Below, piece by piece: positions 54,623 to 63,424 of a DNA stretch of 64,000 nt. The notes below the pieces were generated by a model. The model did not search any database, was not told the origin of the DNA, and saw only the letters and a program-made list of their open reading frames with translations. A program made the translations under genes and the position numbers. Within the stretch, counting starts at the first letter, position 1. Each line of letters opens with the position of its first letter. This DNA is from Candidatus Niyogibacteria bacterium (GTDB lineage Bacteria; Patescibacteriota; Minisyncoccia; JACROR01): NCBI GenBank assembly GCA_016214345.1, contig JACROR010000001.1:1264-65263 (forward strand), given 5' to 3'.

Positions 54623-55377
54623 TATATTTTTTTATAATGCGTTTTCTGCCAAAGTTTATAAGTGTCCCGCAAAAATCCCGTTATTACCGAAAGTTTAACC
54701 AACGCTATTATCTTGCCTCTTTTGCCAACTTCGGAATCCGCGAACCCCGTAAGACGATAATAATGATGGACCCCAACCTCTCCGATAGTATAACCATTTT
54801 GAAGCGCCGACAAATATATCTCGGCGTTTATGACTCCTTGCGTCAGATCAGGTAAAAAATCCACGCCATCAATAATCTTCCTCTTATAAAGCTTGAAGGC
54901 GCAATTTATATCTTTTAATTTCAATCCAAACAACCACCTTAATGTTAAATTATAAAACCACGACATCCATATACGCATAAGCGGATCATTACGTTTCAAT
55001 TTATAGCCGGTCACTATGTCGTATTTATCCAGCAACGGTAAAAGCAGGTCCATCTCCTTAATGTCAAACTGGCGATCACCATCCGTATAAAATATAAGGT
55101 CTTTTGTGGAACTCCTAAAGCCGTCACGAAGCACATTGGCATAGCCGAAATTTTTTTCACGAGCCACAAGTTTTAAATTAGGGGTCGTCGTCGCCAATTC
55201 CCGAACTATGGGGTCGGTGCTGTCCGTGCTTCCATGGCTCATTACCAAAATTTCATAATCTTTGAACCGGCTTTTTAAATATTGATCTGCCTCCAAAACA
55301 ATATCTCTAATACACCCCTCTTCATTGAAGGCCGGCAAAAATACGGAAATGCTTTTTCCCATAAAACCCGTTATCAT
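54622..55377 (-). CDS. Glycosyltransferase family 2 (Dpm1/ArnC-like polyprenyl-phosphate sugar synthase)
   Basis: ISVFLPAFNEE N-terminus and TDGDRQFD (DxD). The soluble GT-A of 251 aa is typical of Und-P-sugar synthases. Confidence 0.75.
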   Translation of the reverse strand: MITGFMGKSISVFLPAFNEEGCIRDIVLEADQYLKSRFKDYEILVMSHGSTDSTDPIVRELATTTPNLKLVAREKNFGYANVLRDGFRSSTKDLIFYTDGDRQFDIKEMDLLLPLLDKYDIVTGYKLKRNDPLMRIWMSWFYNLTLRWLFGLKLKDINCAFKLYKRKIIDGVDFLPDLTQGVINAEIYLSALQNGYTIGEVGVHHYYRLTGFADSEVGKRGKIIALVKLSVITGFLRDTYKLWQKTHYKKI

Positions 55378-55391
55378 TCACTTCATTATAT

Positions 55392-55420
55392 AAAAAAACG
55401 GGGTCTTTTCAACCCCGCTT
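55392..55420 (-). terminator. Rho-independent terminator (gcgggg-ttgaaaag-accccg + T7 on minus strand)
   Basis: Immediately downstream of the B12-radical-SAM gene stop at 55432. Confidence 0.6.
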
Positions 55421-55431
55421 CTTAAATAAAA

Positions 55432-56955
55432 TCAATCTTCGTTACCGCGCCATCGATGGCCAACGCTCTGTTTTAACCGCATGGCCACATGTTCCGCGGT
55501 ATTAATCTCGCGCCAAGCCGCATCCCGTAATTCCATAATACGCTCAGGCGGGACAACAGTATTTTTCATGACCGCATTTTTCCAATTCATGGCGTCAGGA
55601 TCAAAATCCCGATCCAAATATCCGCGACTCACGGCCAGCTCGTACAACTTACTGCCCGGAAAAGGGATGGGTATAAAAAAGGTGCAATAAGCCGCTCCGG
55701 CATCCACCAATCTCTTGCCCAAATCAATGCTCAAACGCATCTCCTGCTCGGTCTCATCCGGAAATCCGATCATCATATTGATAGGACAAACGATCCCAAC
55801 TTTAACTGCCGCGCGCACCAATCCAACCACATCCAGGGAATCCAGATCCAATTTGGATGTCGCGTACGTATCCAATATGCGCTGAGACCCTGACTCCACC
55901 GGAAACACTATCTGGTCAAAACCTACGGATTTCAACAATTCCAGGAATGGAATGTCGATCGCCCACTTTTTATCCTTGCCCCTGGTCCTGAAATTGACGA
56001 GATTAACCCCGTTAACATTAGCGATCTCCAAGCCAAGGCCAACAACTCGCTTAAAAATAGACTGGGCTCTGGATCTATTTGCCAACAAGCTGTCGTCTTC
56101 AAAATATATCTTTTTAACGCCCAATGACTGCAAGATATTTATTTCTTGCAGCACCCTGTTCACGGACTTGGTGCGCAGAACTCCTATATCGCCGGACACA
56201 CCTTCTTTCTCCTTGGATATGTGGCAATACATGCATTGGAACGGGCAGCCCCTGGATGTCATCATAGGAGCATATCGCACGCTCGCGGAATGTATAACCC
56301 CATGCGGTGAAGCGATATGATCGTAATGATCAAAGGGCAATTTATACCATGCGGGGAACGGCAATTCATCCAGATCAGTTATGAGATCTGACGGCGAAAC
56401 GGCCACTTTAATGTAGCTTTCGCCTTTCTTGAACATGATACCCGACAACCCTTCAAAGCTGCCGCCTTTAGCCCACTCATTTATCAAACGAACTAGGATT
56501 TTTTCTCCCTCACCCGAACATATCACATCCACATTGCCGCTATCCAAAAAATGCTCCGCTAAATTTCTGGCATTAACACCGCCGGCAATAACCAAAATGT
56601 TAGGATCAACGCCTTTAGCCGCCGCGGCAACTTCCAAAGCCATTCTCGTTTGCGGAGTAAAATTGGCATTGATACCCACGACATTGTATGCGCCCCGAAC
56701 AATAAATTCTTTTATTCTATCCTTTGACATGCCAATCCGTATCAATCCGCTCGGCAACGCTATTCCGTTATAAAAAGTATCATTTAAGCTGTCAGACGCA
56801 GCCCCGACGGACGCATCCAAAATATCCGCCTCAAAACCAGCCCGCTCCAATGCTCCGGCCAAATAAAGTAGCCCCAACGAACCATCGGGTCTCGGAGTTT
56901 CAATCGGCATTAACTGATTAGGAGGATAAACGAGCAATATTTTAGGAACTTTCAT
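55432..56955 (-). CDS. B12-binding (cobalamin) radical SAM enzyme (class-B radical SAM methyltransferase-like)
   Basis: N-terminal B12-binding-like Rossmann domain (ILLVYPP...), then the radical SAM CxxxCxxC motif SRGCPFQCMYC. The preferred start is MKVPKI at 56955, which has a GAAGGAG RBS. The ORF-track start at 56973 lies inside that RBS. Confidence 0.75.
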   Translation of the reverse strand: MKVPKILLVYPPNQLMPIETPRPDGSLGLLYLAGALERAGFEADILDASVGAASDSLNDTFYNGIALPSGLIRIGMSKDRIKEFIVRGAYNVVGINANFTPQTRMALEVAAAAKGVDPNILVIAGGVNARNLAEHFLDSGNVDVICSGEGEKILVRLINEWAKGGSFEGLSGIMFKKGESYIKVAVSPSDLITDLDELPFPAWYKLPFDHYDHIASPHGVIHSASVRYAPMMTSRGCPFQCMYCHISKEKEGVSGDIGVLRTKSVNRVLQEINILQSLGVKKIYFEDDSLLANRSRAQSIFKRVVGLGLEIANVNGVNLVNFRTRGKDKKWAIDIPFLELLKSVGFDQIVFPVESGSQRILDTYATSKLDLDSLDVVGLVRAAVKVGIVCPINMMIGFPDETEQEMRLSIDLGKRLVDAGAAYCTFFIPIPFPGSKLYELAVSRGYLDRDFDPDAMNWKNAVMKNTVVPPERIMELRDAAWREINTAEHVAMRLKQSVGHRWRGNED

Positions 56956-57012
56956 TGCCAGTCTCCTTCGCACACATTATTGTTAAAGTACTTCGTTACA
57001 TTAACAAAAAGA

Positions 57013-57687
57013 TTAATAATTTTTATTGAACTTGTCAATCTCCGCCTTGGTAGAAAAAGATAAATTGTCTCTGCCTCTGACCGACATAACTCTATGAGTC
57101 TTGATGAATTTTTTCATCATGGAAGTAATATAATATTCTCCGTTACGATGCTTGATCGGACGATATTTAAAAATATCAGAATTGATGACCATCAAGCCTC
57201 CCACCACAAAATTAGACTTCGGATTCTTCGGCTTTTCTTCAACATCCACGATCCTGCCACGCGCAAGCGTAACCACGGCGGATTCCTCGGGCTTATCATA
57301 ATATTTAGTAAGCCAACTGAATTTGTTTTTAAGACAATGGACGACCTCTTTTTTCGTAGGCAATTCATCGGCATAAATCAGCAGAAAACGCTCACTCTTC
57401 TTAAAATATTGCTTCGTTAAAAGCAAACTATGCGCCGTGCCTAAATTTATTTTATCATTCACAACATAAATTATTTTTTTACCTCGATAACTGTTACCCA
57501 AAAAACCCTTTATCATCTTGCCCTTATAGCCGATAACTATGATGATTTCGTCAACCGACGAAGGCAGGGCATTCAATATATGCTCCAAAAAAGTCTTGCC
57601 ACGCACCCTTACCAGCGGCTTAGGTTTTCTCATGGTGAGCGGCCGCATTCTTTTCCCTTTTCCGGCCGCTAAAATTATCGCTTTCAT
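57013..57687 (-). CDS. Sugar-phosphate nucleotidyltransferase (HddC/GMP-like; candidate heptose-1-P guanylyltransferase)
   Basis: MKAIILAAGKGKRMRPLT N-terminal G-x-G-x-R nucleotidyltransferase motif; 224 aa. Confidence 0.75.
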   Translation of the reverse strand: MKAIILAAGKGKRMRPLTMRKPKPLVRVRGKTFLEHILNALPSSVDEIIIVIGYKGKMIKGFLGNSYRGKKIIYVVNDKINLGTAHSLLLTKQYFKKSERFLLIYADELPTKKEVVHCLKNKFSWLTKYYDKPEESAVVTLARGRIVDVEEKPKNPKSNFVVGGLMVINSDIFKYRPIKHRNGEYYITSMMKKFIKTHRVMSVRGRDNLSFSTKAEIDKFNKNY

Positions 57688-57715
57688 ATCTTTATTGTGG
57701 TGCTATTAGATAAAA

Positions 57716-58375
57716 CTATGGCAATTTTTTAAACGCAAAAAATTTACTGCCCAAAAAATTCCCTATAAATGAAATAGGGATCAAGGTAGCCAACACGACA
57801 TTGGCCCATATTTTGGGGTCAAATCCTTGCGGCGCGCCCACCACATTCACCATTAAATGCAAAAAGGTGGTGTTCAAAAGCGAGGTAATGCCAACCACGC
57901 TAAAATATTTAATGTACTCCGATTTGCCGCGATTCGTGCCATAAGCGTTAAATGTCCAAAATTTATTCCAAAAAAATCCATTAGTGGCGGCGGCCACAAA
58001 AGATATGACCGCGAACAGATCGACTGCCAAACCTTGCGTAATGGCGGTGATCCAAATAAGCCCGTTAAATACGCCGATCTGCAAAAAAGTATTAAGCCAT
58101 CCGACGAGGCCGTATTTGCCGACCTCAAATGCCACGGGACGCCATATCAAAGCCATACGATAAAACACAAAAAGGCCTAACGCCGAGGCTAGAGGCAAGA
58201 TCATAAACCAAGCGATGAGCGCCACCCGCAATACCGTGGGATCATATTCGCGCGCGATCTCAAAAATTTTAATATTCTCCAGAACCGGCACGGCAAAAAG
58301 GGCAATAATCGCTCCCGCCGCGAACGCGCGCCAAAAATCCGATTTTGTAAATGAAATATCGCGGTTATGCTCCAT
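57716..58375 (-). CDS. GtrA-family membrane protein (polyprenyl-phosphate-sugar flippase-like)
   Basis: 4 TM helices and the GtrA hallmark ...NGFFWNKFWTF. Confidence 0.65.
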   Translation of the reverse strand: MEHNRDISFTKSDFWRAFAAGAIIALFAVPVLENIKIFEIAREYDPTVLRVALIAWFMILPLASALGLFVFYRMALIWRPVAFEVGKYGLVGWLNTFLQIGVFNGLIWITAITQGLAVDLFAVISFVAAATNGFFWNKFWTFNAYGTNRGKSEYIKYFSVVGITSLLNTTFLHLMVNVVGAPQGFDPKIWANVVLATLIPISFIGNFLGSKFFAFKKLP

Positions 58376-59540
58376 GTTTTATTAAATCTTCTACGAAAGA
58401 TAATATATGAATCACCCTTTTGTCCCAAGTATATTCCCGCGCCTCTGCCTGCGCCCTTTTGGCGCGCACGTCCGCCTTGTTCAAATCGTCCAATATATCC
58501 AAAATGCAATTTACGATCGCATCCGGGTCATCCGGCCTGACCAGCCAAGCATTATTCTCATTTAAAACCTCTCTTAGCGAGGGGGTGTCGGATACGATGA
58601 TCGGCCGCCCCGCAGCCATATACTCAAAAAGTTTCATCGGAGAAGTATATAAACGGGAAATATCTTCTTTGGCGGAATTAGGCATAACCAAAATATCCGC
58701 GGCTTTCAGCCAAAAAGGGATCTCTTGATGCGGACGATGGCCAGCTATCAAAATATGCGGCAAACCGGCAACAGAGCCCCTGAACCTGGCAACATCCTCG
58801 TCGGTTCCGCCGACAAATACGAATAAAATTTCCGACCGCTTGATAAATGGGAACGCGCGCGCCGCTTGAAGCAAAACATCCGCGCCCTTCCACGTATAAA
58901 GATGGCCGGAATATAAAATAATTTTTTTATCAAGCGGCAGAGCTAATTTTTTGCGACACTCGCTTTGCGATTCCCGGATATCGAATTTCCCGACATCAAC
59001 CGCGTCACGCGCCACAATGATCTTTTTCTCATCAATACCGCGCTCCATCAATCCCTTCCGCAATCCATCGCTTATTGCCACCAAGCCGCGACTCCCCTCC
59101 CACGCTAATTTATGCAAGAATGATGCCCTATCTGGCAAATCATGTATCTCATAAAATACCACTTTGCCCAGCAGAAAAAATACCGCGGCGATCAGCGCGT
59201 CACGAGTATAAAAAACCGCGCCTCTTTCAAATAAAAAATAAATTGTCGCAAAGAATGCAAATGATACGCTCTCGATCCAAAACCAGCATGACTTAAAGGC
59301 CGGCAAAAACATCAGATCCAGACAAGGCAATTTCTTGATCTGAAAATCCGACCGCGATCCATAATATTCAAAAGGGCTTTGAGTGATCTTGTTCACACGC
59401 CTCGGAATGACCAATCGTGTCCGCGCGTCAGGCGACGCGTTGCTAACCAAAGCGGACAACATTTGCATTATCTGAATGCCGTGCGCCTTTTCGGTAGGCA
59501 GGCGAACATTGGCTATATATATAAAATTTTTTATGGTCAT
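58365..59540 (-). CDS. Glycosyltransferase family 4 (GT-B), paralogue of 9945-11081
   Basis: N-terminus VRLPTEKAHGIQIM and C-terminal SPMKLFEYMAAGRPIIVSDTPSLREV. Nucleotide-level similarity to the 5' end of the 9945-11081 gene. Confidence 0.8.
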   Translation of the reverse strand: MTIKNFIYIANVRLPTEKAHGIQIMQMLSALVSNASPDARTRLVIPRRVNKITQSPFEYYGSRSDFQIKKLPCLDLMFLPAFKSCWFWIESVSFAFFATIYFLFERGAVFYTRDALIAAVFFLLGKVVFYEIHDLPDRASFLHKLAWEGSRGLVAISDGLRKGLMERGIDEKKIIVARDAVDVGKFDIRESQSECRKKLALPLDKKIILYSGHLYTWKGADVLLQAARAFPFIKRSEILFVFVGGTDEDVARFRGSVAGLPHILIAGHRPHQEIPFWLKAADILVMPNSAKEDISRLYTSPMKLFEYMAAGRPIIVSDTPSLREVLNENNAWLVRPDDPDAIVNCILDILDDLNKADVRAKRAQAEAREYTWDKRVIHILSFVEDLIKHGA

Positions 59541-60157
59541 TTTATGGCAAACACGCTATAACCGCTGACTTGAGCGCTATCTGATTTTTTTAACAACACA
59601 TCCATCCATTCCGCCATTTTAACGAAAAATTTGGATCTACCTAAAGGGCTCAAATGGATCCACGTACCTATGGCCCCCCTAACACTTTGTTTTTCAACCG
59701 AAGAAAAATCTTTAAAAAGCAAGTCTACCGCTTCTTTGGTAAATCTCCAATAGTCATGATAGTAGCCTTTTTCCGCGTGAAAATAATAAAGGAACGGCAC
59801 ATAACAAAGGCAGTGTCCGCCGGGCTTGAGTACGCGGCGGATCTCTCGCACCGCCCTCATCGGATCCTCCACATGTTCTAAAACCGCAACGCAGATGATC
59901 GCGTCCTGCGAATCATCCCCGAAAGGCAAATTATGAATGTCTCCCACAATATCCGGATGGTAAGCATCCGACGGGTCCAAAATTTTATAATCTACACCGC
60001 GAGCGCGCGCCAGATCCAGGATCCATTTCCTGGATGCGTCATAACGGTTGCCTTTTTCTTTGGAGATCCGCAATCCGCCACCGATATCCACCACGGATTT
60101 TTTCTCGGTAAAGATCTTGGTTATTTTCTGCTTAAAAAAATCGTCCCATTGCGCCAT
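59537..60157 (-). CDS. Class I SAM-dependent methyltransferase (Methyltransf_11-like), tandem paralogue 1
   Basis: Motif I VVDIGGGL, ...AIICVAVLEHV and VLKPGG. The preferred start is MAQWDD at 60157; the ORF-track start at 60202 would overlap the neighbour by 44 nt. Confidence 0.7.
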   Translation of the reverse strand: MAQWDDFFKQKITKIFTEKKSVVDIGGGLRISKEKGNRYDASRKWILDLARARGVDYKILDPSDAYHPDIVGDIHNLPFGDDSQDAIICVAVLEHVEDPMRAVREIRRVLKPGGHCLCYVPFLYYFHAEKGYYHDYWRFTKEAVDLLFKDFSSVEKQSVRGAIGTWIHLSPLGRSKFFVKMAEWMDVLLKKSDSAQVSGYSVFAIK

Positions 60158-60158
60158 G

Positions 60159-60821
60159 TTAATTGAAAGATCTAAAAAATAATCCGAGAGCGAATTTTTC
60201 ACGGTTCATTTTGGGCTTCAAATCTAAAATCATTTTATCCAACAACAACACACACGGCAAAATAAAAATTTTCAAAAAACGCGGAAAAACGAATTCCGCC
60301 TGCGAATATCCCGCGCTAAACGGCCCGCGACCCAAAATACTGATCTCAATATTTTTAAAACCGCGATCCTCTAATATTTTACGCAAAGATTCGCTGGTAT
60401 AACGCCAATAGTCGCGAGGGTCGGGATGATATCCCACCAAAAAAGGCACCGCGCCGACAACTCTCCCTTCCGGTTTCAATACTCGTTTTATCTCGGAGAG
60501 CAAAAAAGAGTAATTATAAAGATGCTCCAAAATATTAAACGCCAAAACCATATCCACGCTGTGATCCGCGTATGACAAGGCGTCTTGCTCCAAATTAATG
60601 TGCGAACCGCCGCCAACCTTATCGAAACCCAGATCTAAAGCGATAATTTCAACATTTTCCGATTTTTTCAAAAACCTGTGATAACTCGCCTTATTCAATC
60701 CGCTGCCGATATCTAAGACTTTGCCATGAAGCGAAACATTCCTGCATGCCAAATTCATCAAAATGCGATAAAGATCCTTGCCCCGCCACAACTCTTTTAT
60801 AAAAATAGTCGCGTCTTTCAT
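60159..60821 (-). CDS. Class I SAM-dependent methyltransferase (Methyltransf_11-like), tandem paralogue 2
   Basis: Motif I VLDIGSGL, ...MVLAFNILEHL and VLKPEG. Confidence 0.75.
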   Translation of the reverse strand: MKDATIFIKELWRGKDLYRILMNLACRNVSLHGKVLDIGSGLNKASYHRFLKKSENVEIIALDLGFDKVGGGSHINLEQDALSYADHSVDMVLAFNILEHLYNYSFLLSEIKRVLKPEGRVVGAVPFLVGYHPDPRDYWRYTSESLRKILEDRGFKNIEISILGRGPFSAGYSQAEFVFPRFLKIFILPCVLLLDKMILDLKPKMNREKFALGLFFRSFN

Positions 60822-62647
60822 ATGTGAATCTTATATTGCTTGACCCATATTTGAAAGGTGAGAATCGCCCACAAGATCGTAACATTGTATTCTTTGGAGT
60901 TTTTATGATCTTCCAAAATTCGCGAAACTTCATCCCACTTAAAAATAGGCCGAGTGGCCTCGCAGTAATCCGCGGAGAGCACGGAGCGCGCCACATCATA
61001 GATCTTTGGACGGCGCAGCCATTTGGCGCCGGGGGAAAACCATCCGCGCTTCGGCTGGCGCAAAAGAAAATCCGGAATTCTGCCGCGAAACGCTTCTTTC
61101 AAAATAATTTTGGTATTAAATAGGCCGATCTTGTATTTTAAGGGCAATTTTCCCGCGAATTCCACCAGCTCCTTGTCCAAAAACGGAACCCTCGCCTCCA
61201 AGCCCGCCGACATTGACGCCTTGTCCGTCATCATAAGAGAAAAATCGGGAAGCCACGCTCTCCTATCCGCATCCATGAGCAATTCCTCAAAATTTTTATC
61301 GCTTTTGCCGGCGAAATATTTGTCTTCAAAAAATTTCTTAGAAATACCCGTGTGAAAAAACTTCTCTGATACCGCCCTTTTCAAAATATCGTCTTTCTGA
61401 AACATAAAGAGCGCGAATCTGTCCACGCCCGAAGGAATATTTAATTTTCCAAGACGATCGTTAAAATTTAAAATATCCCTGAGCGGCACGGGCAATCTTT
61501 GATAATAGGTAGCCGCCAAAGACATGCGATACCGATCGTATCCTCCGAAAAGCTCATCTCCGCCGTCTCCCCCCAGCACTACGGTTGCGGTTTTTTTAGT
61601 AAATGAGGCTAATTTCATCATGGCAAGAATGGTGGGATTGGAAATGGGCTCATCCAAATGCCAAATCGCTTTTTCTAAATTATCCAAAACATCCTGTTCC
61701 GACAACATGACCTCATGATGATCAGCGCGATAATACGCCGCGGTTTTACGCGCCAAATAAAAATCCTGGTTGAATTTTTCCCGACCCTCTCCGTCAGACA
61801 GATCAAAGCCTACGGAAAAAGTGTCTATGTTATCGCGCACTTTTGCCACGCAATCTAAAACCACGCTTGAATCTATGCCGCCAGAAAGATAAATTCCCAA
61901 AGGACGATCCGAAACCAATTGTCGCTCCACGGCCCTACACGTCTTGTTGCGCAAATCTATTGCCGCTTCTTTTAAACTGCCGGTAATATAATTGTCGCGA
62001 CCCAACTGCCAATAAGTGTCAATCTCCAAACGCCCGCCCTTCAATACCGCGCGGCTAGCCGGAGGAAGTTTTTTTATGCCATCAAACATGGTCAAGGGCT
62101 CTGGCACATATAAAACGCGAAGATAATGATTAAAAGCCTCTTGGTTTAAAACTCGCGGCACATCGTGTTCCAAAATCGCTTTGATCTCGGAAGAAAATAT
62201 AAATTTTTTATCGTCCCAATAATAATAAAATGGTTTAACCCCGATCTGATCACGCGCCAAAAATAATTCCTGCTTAGCCGCGTCCCAAATCGCGAATGCG
62301 AAAATTCCATTAAATTTTTTAACAGAATCTCTGCCCCATTTTTGATAAGCCGCCAGGATAACTTCTGTATCGCTTGAAGTGCGAAAATTATAATCTCCGA
62401 GCTCTTTTTTAATATCCTGAAAATTATATATTTCGCCGTTAAATACAATGGTTAAATTGCCATCTGCGTTTTTCATGGGCTGGGCGGCGGACATGCTTAG
62501 ATCAATGATGCTAAGACGATCATGTCCCAATGAAACGCCCTCTCCGAAAAAAACACCGGTACCATCAGGCCCGCGATGGCGCGTGACGGCGTTCATTTTT
62601 AATATTAAATTTTTGTCCTGGAAATTAAATCCGTTGATCGCGCACAC
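60818..62647 (-). CDS. Asparagine synthetase B-family glutamine amidotransferase (WbpS-like, glycan amidation)
   Basis: N-terminal nucleophile MCAINGF (Cys2), PP-loop LSGGIDSS and a length of 609 aa. Confidence 0.85.
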   Translation of the reverse strand: MCAINGFNFQDKNLILKMNAVTRHRGPDGTGVFFGEGVSLGHDRLSIIDLSMSAAQPMKNADGNLTIVFNGEIYNFQDIKKELGDYNFRTSSDTEVILAAYQKWGRDSVKKFNGIFAFAIWDAAKQELFLARDQIGVKPFYYYWDDKKFIFSSEIKAILEHDVPRVLNQEAFNHYLRVLYVPEPLTMFDGIKKLPPASRAVLKGGRLEIDTYWQLGRDNYITGSLKEAAIDLRNKTCRAVERQLVSDRPLGIYLSGGIDSSVVLDCVAKVRDNIDTFSVGFDLSDGEGREKFNQDFYLARKTAAYYRADHHEVMLSEQDVLDNLEKAIWHLDEPISNPTILAMMKLASFTKKTATVVLGGDGGDELFGGYDRYRMSLAATYYQRLPVPLRDILNFNDRLGKLNIPSGVDRFALFMFQKDDILKRAVSEKFFHTGISKKFFEDKYFAGKSDKNFEELLMDADRRAWLPDFSLMMTDKASMSAGLEARVPFLDKELVEFAGKLPLKYKIGLFNTKIILKEAFRGRIPDFLLRQPKRGWFSPGAKWLRRPKIYDVARSVLSADYCEATRPIFKWDEVSRILEDHKNSKEYNVTILWAILTFQIWVKQYKIHI

Positions 62648-62656
62648 AAAATTATA

Positions 62657-63424
62657 TTATTTCCTCGCTAAAATAATATTAGTATCACCCATGCCGAGAT
62701 ATGAGCATGCAATAAATCGGAATACATTGACATACAAATCTCTATTGAGAACGAACGCAAATTGAGGCCTCATGCTTTGTACATTCTTTGCCACCACCAC
62801 CTCCATATGAAGCCACTCGCACATCATATACAATTCATTAAGCGTATACTCCCTCCAGTGACCGTCAAATGTATCTCCCTGTTCAAAAAATGTTTGTAAA
62901 TTGCTGAGCGGAGCTCTATTAAATAAAAATCTGACACGATTAAGCAAATGGGTTAGGTTGGGGGTAGCAATATATAGATAGCCGTCCTTTTTTAAATTTG
63001 CTATAAGTCCTTCCATAAATTTTTTTGGACTTTTCTGATGCTCAATCGTTGCCACACTGATAACCACATCATAAATGCCGGAGTTTTTAGAATTAAGTAT
63101 ATCTTTTTCTGAAATAAGTAATCCGTATTTTTTCCAAACCATATGTAGTTGTCTTATAGCATCTCCACGATAATACTGACTATCTCTATTAAAAAGATGC
63201 TTATCCACACCAGAAACATTGCGATATCCTAAAATTTTTAACGCCAATGCAAGGATGCCGATTCCACAACCGGCATCAAGAATGGTTGTTCCTTTGTTTA
63301 TTTTTTTCGTTAAAAAATCAAGATGCACTAAATTATTATTAAATTCCCATCGTTGTTTATCGGAATATGGAGAAAGCGCCTTATATGACTCTCGTAATGC
63401 CTTTTGATTATCTATTGCCATCAA
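62657..63424 (-). CDS. Class I SAM-dependent methyltransferase
   Basis: Motif [13 protein letters not shown] and ...[11 protein letters not shown]. The start may be 63421 (MAID...), which would reduce the overlap with the upstream gene. Confidence 0.7.
   Translation of the reverse strand: MMAIDNQKALRESYKALSPYSDKQRWEFNNNLVHLDFLTKKINKGTTILDAGCGIGILALALKILGYRNVSGVDKHLFNRDSQYYRGDAIRQLHMVWKKYGLLISEKDILNSKNSGIYDVVISVATIEHQKSPKKFMEGLIANLKKDGYLYIATPNLTHLLNRVRFLFNRAPLSNLQTFFEQGDTFDGHWREYTLNELYMMCEWLHMEVVVAKNVQSMRPQFAFVLNRDLYVNVFRFIACSYLGMGDTNIILARK

Noticed and set aside
56956-56973. Upstream ATG (MRRRLA...) as start of the B12-radical SAM gene
   Set aside because: That ATG lies inside the GAAGGAG Shine-Dalgarno that precedes the second ATG (MKVPKI), so the downstream start is more plausible.
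24177-63424. Restriction-modification or other defence system suggested by the many methyltransferases
   Set aside because: All the methyltransferases are small class I enzymes (or FkbM/TylC3 types) lacking DNA-MTase motifs such as (D/N)PP(Y/F), target-recognition domains or adjacent nucleases, and they are embedded in sugar operons. No endonuclease, helicase-nuclease, toxin-antitoxin or Abi-like gene was recognised in the window.
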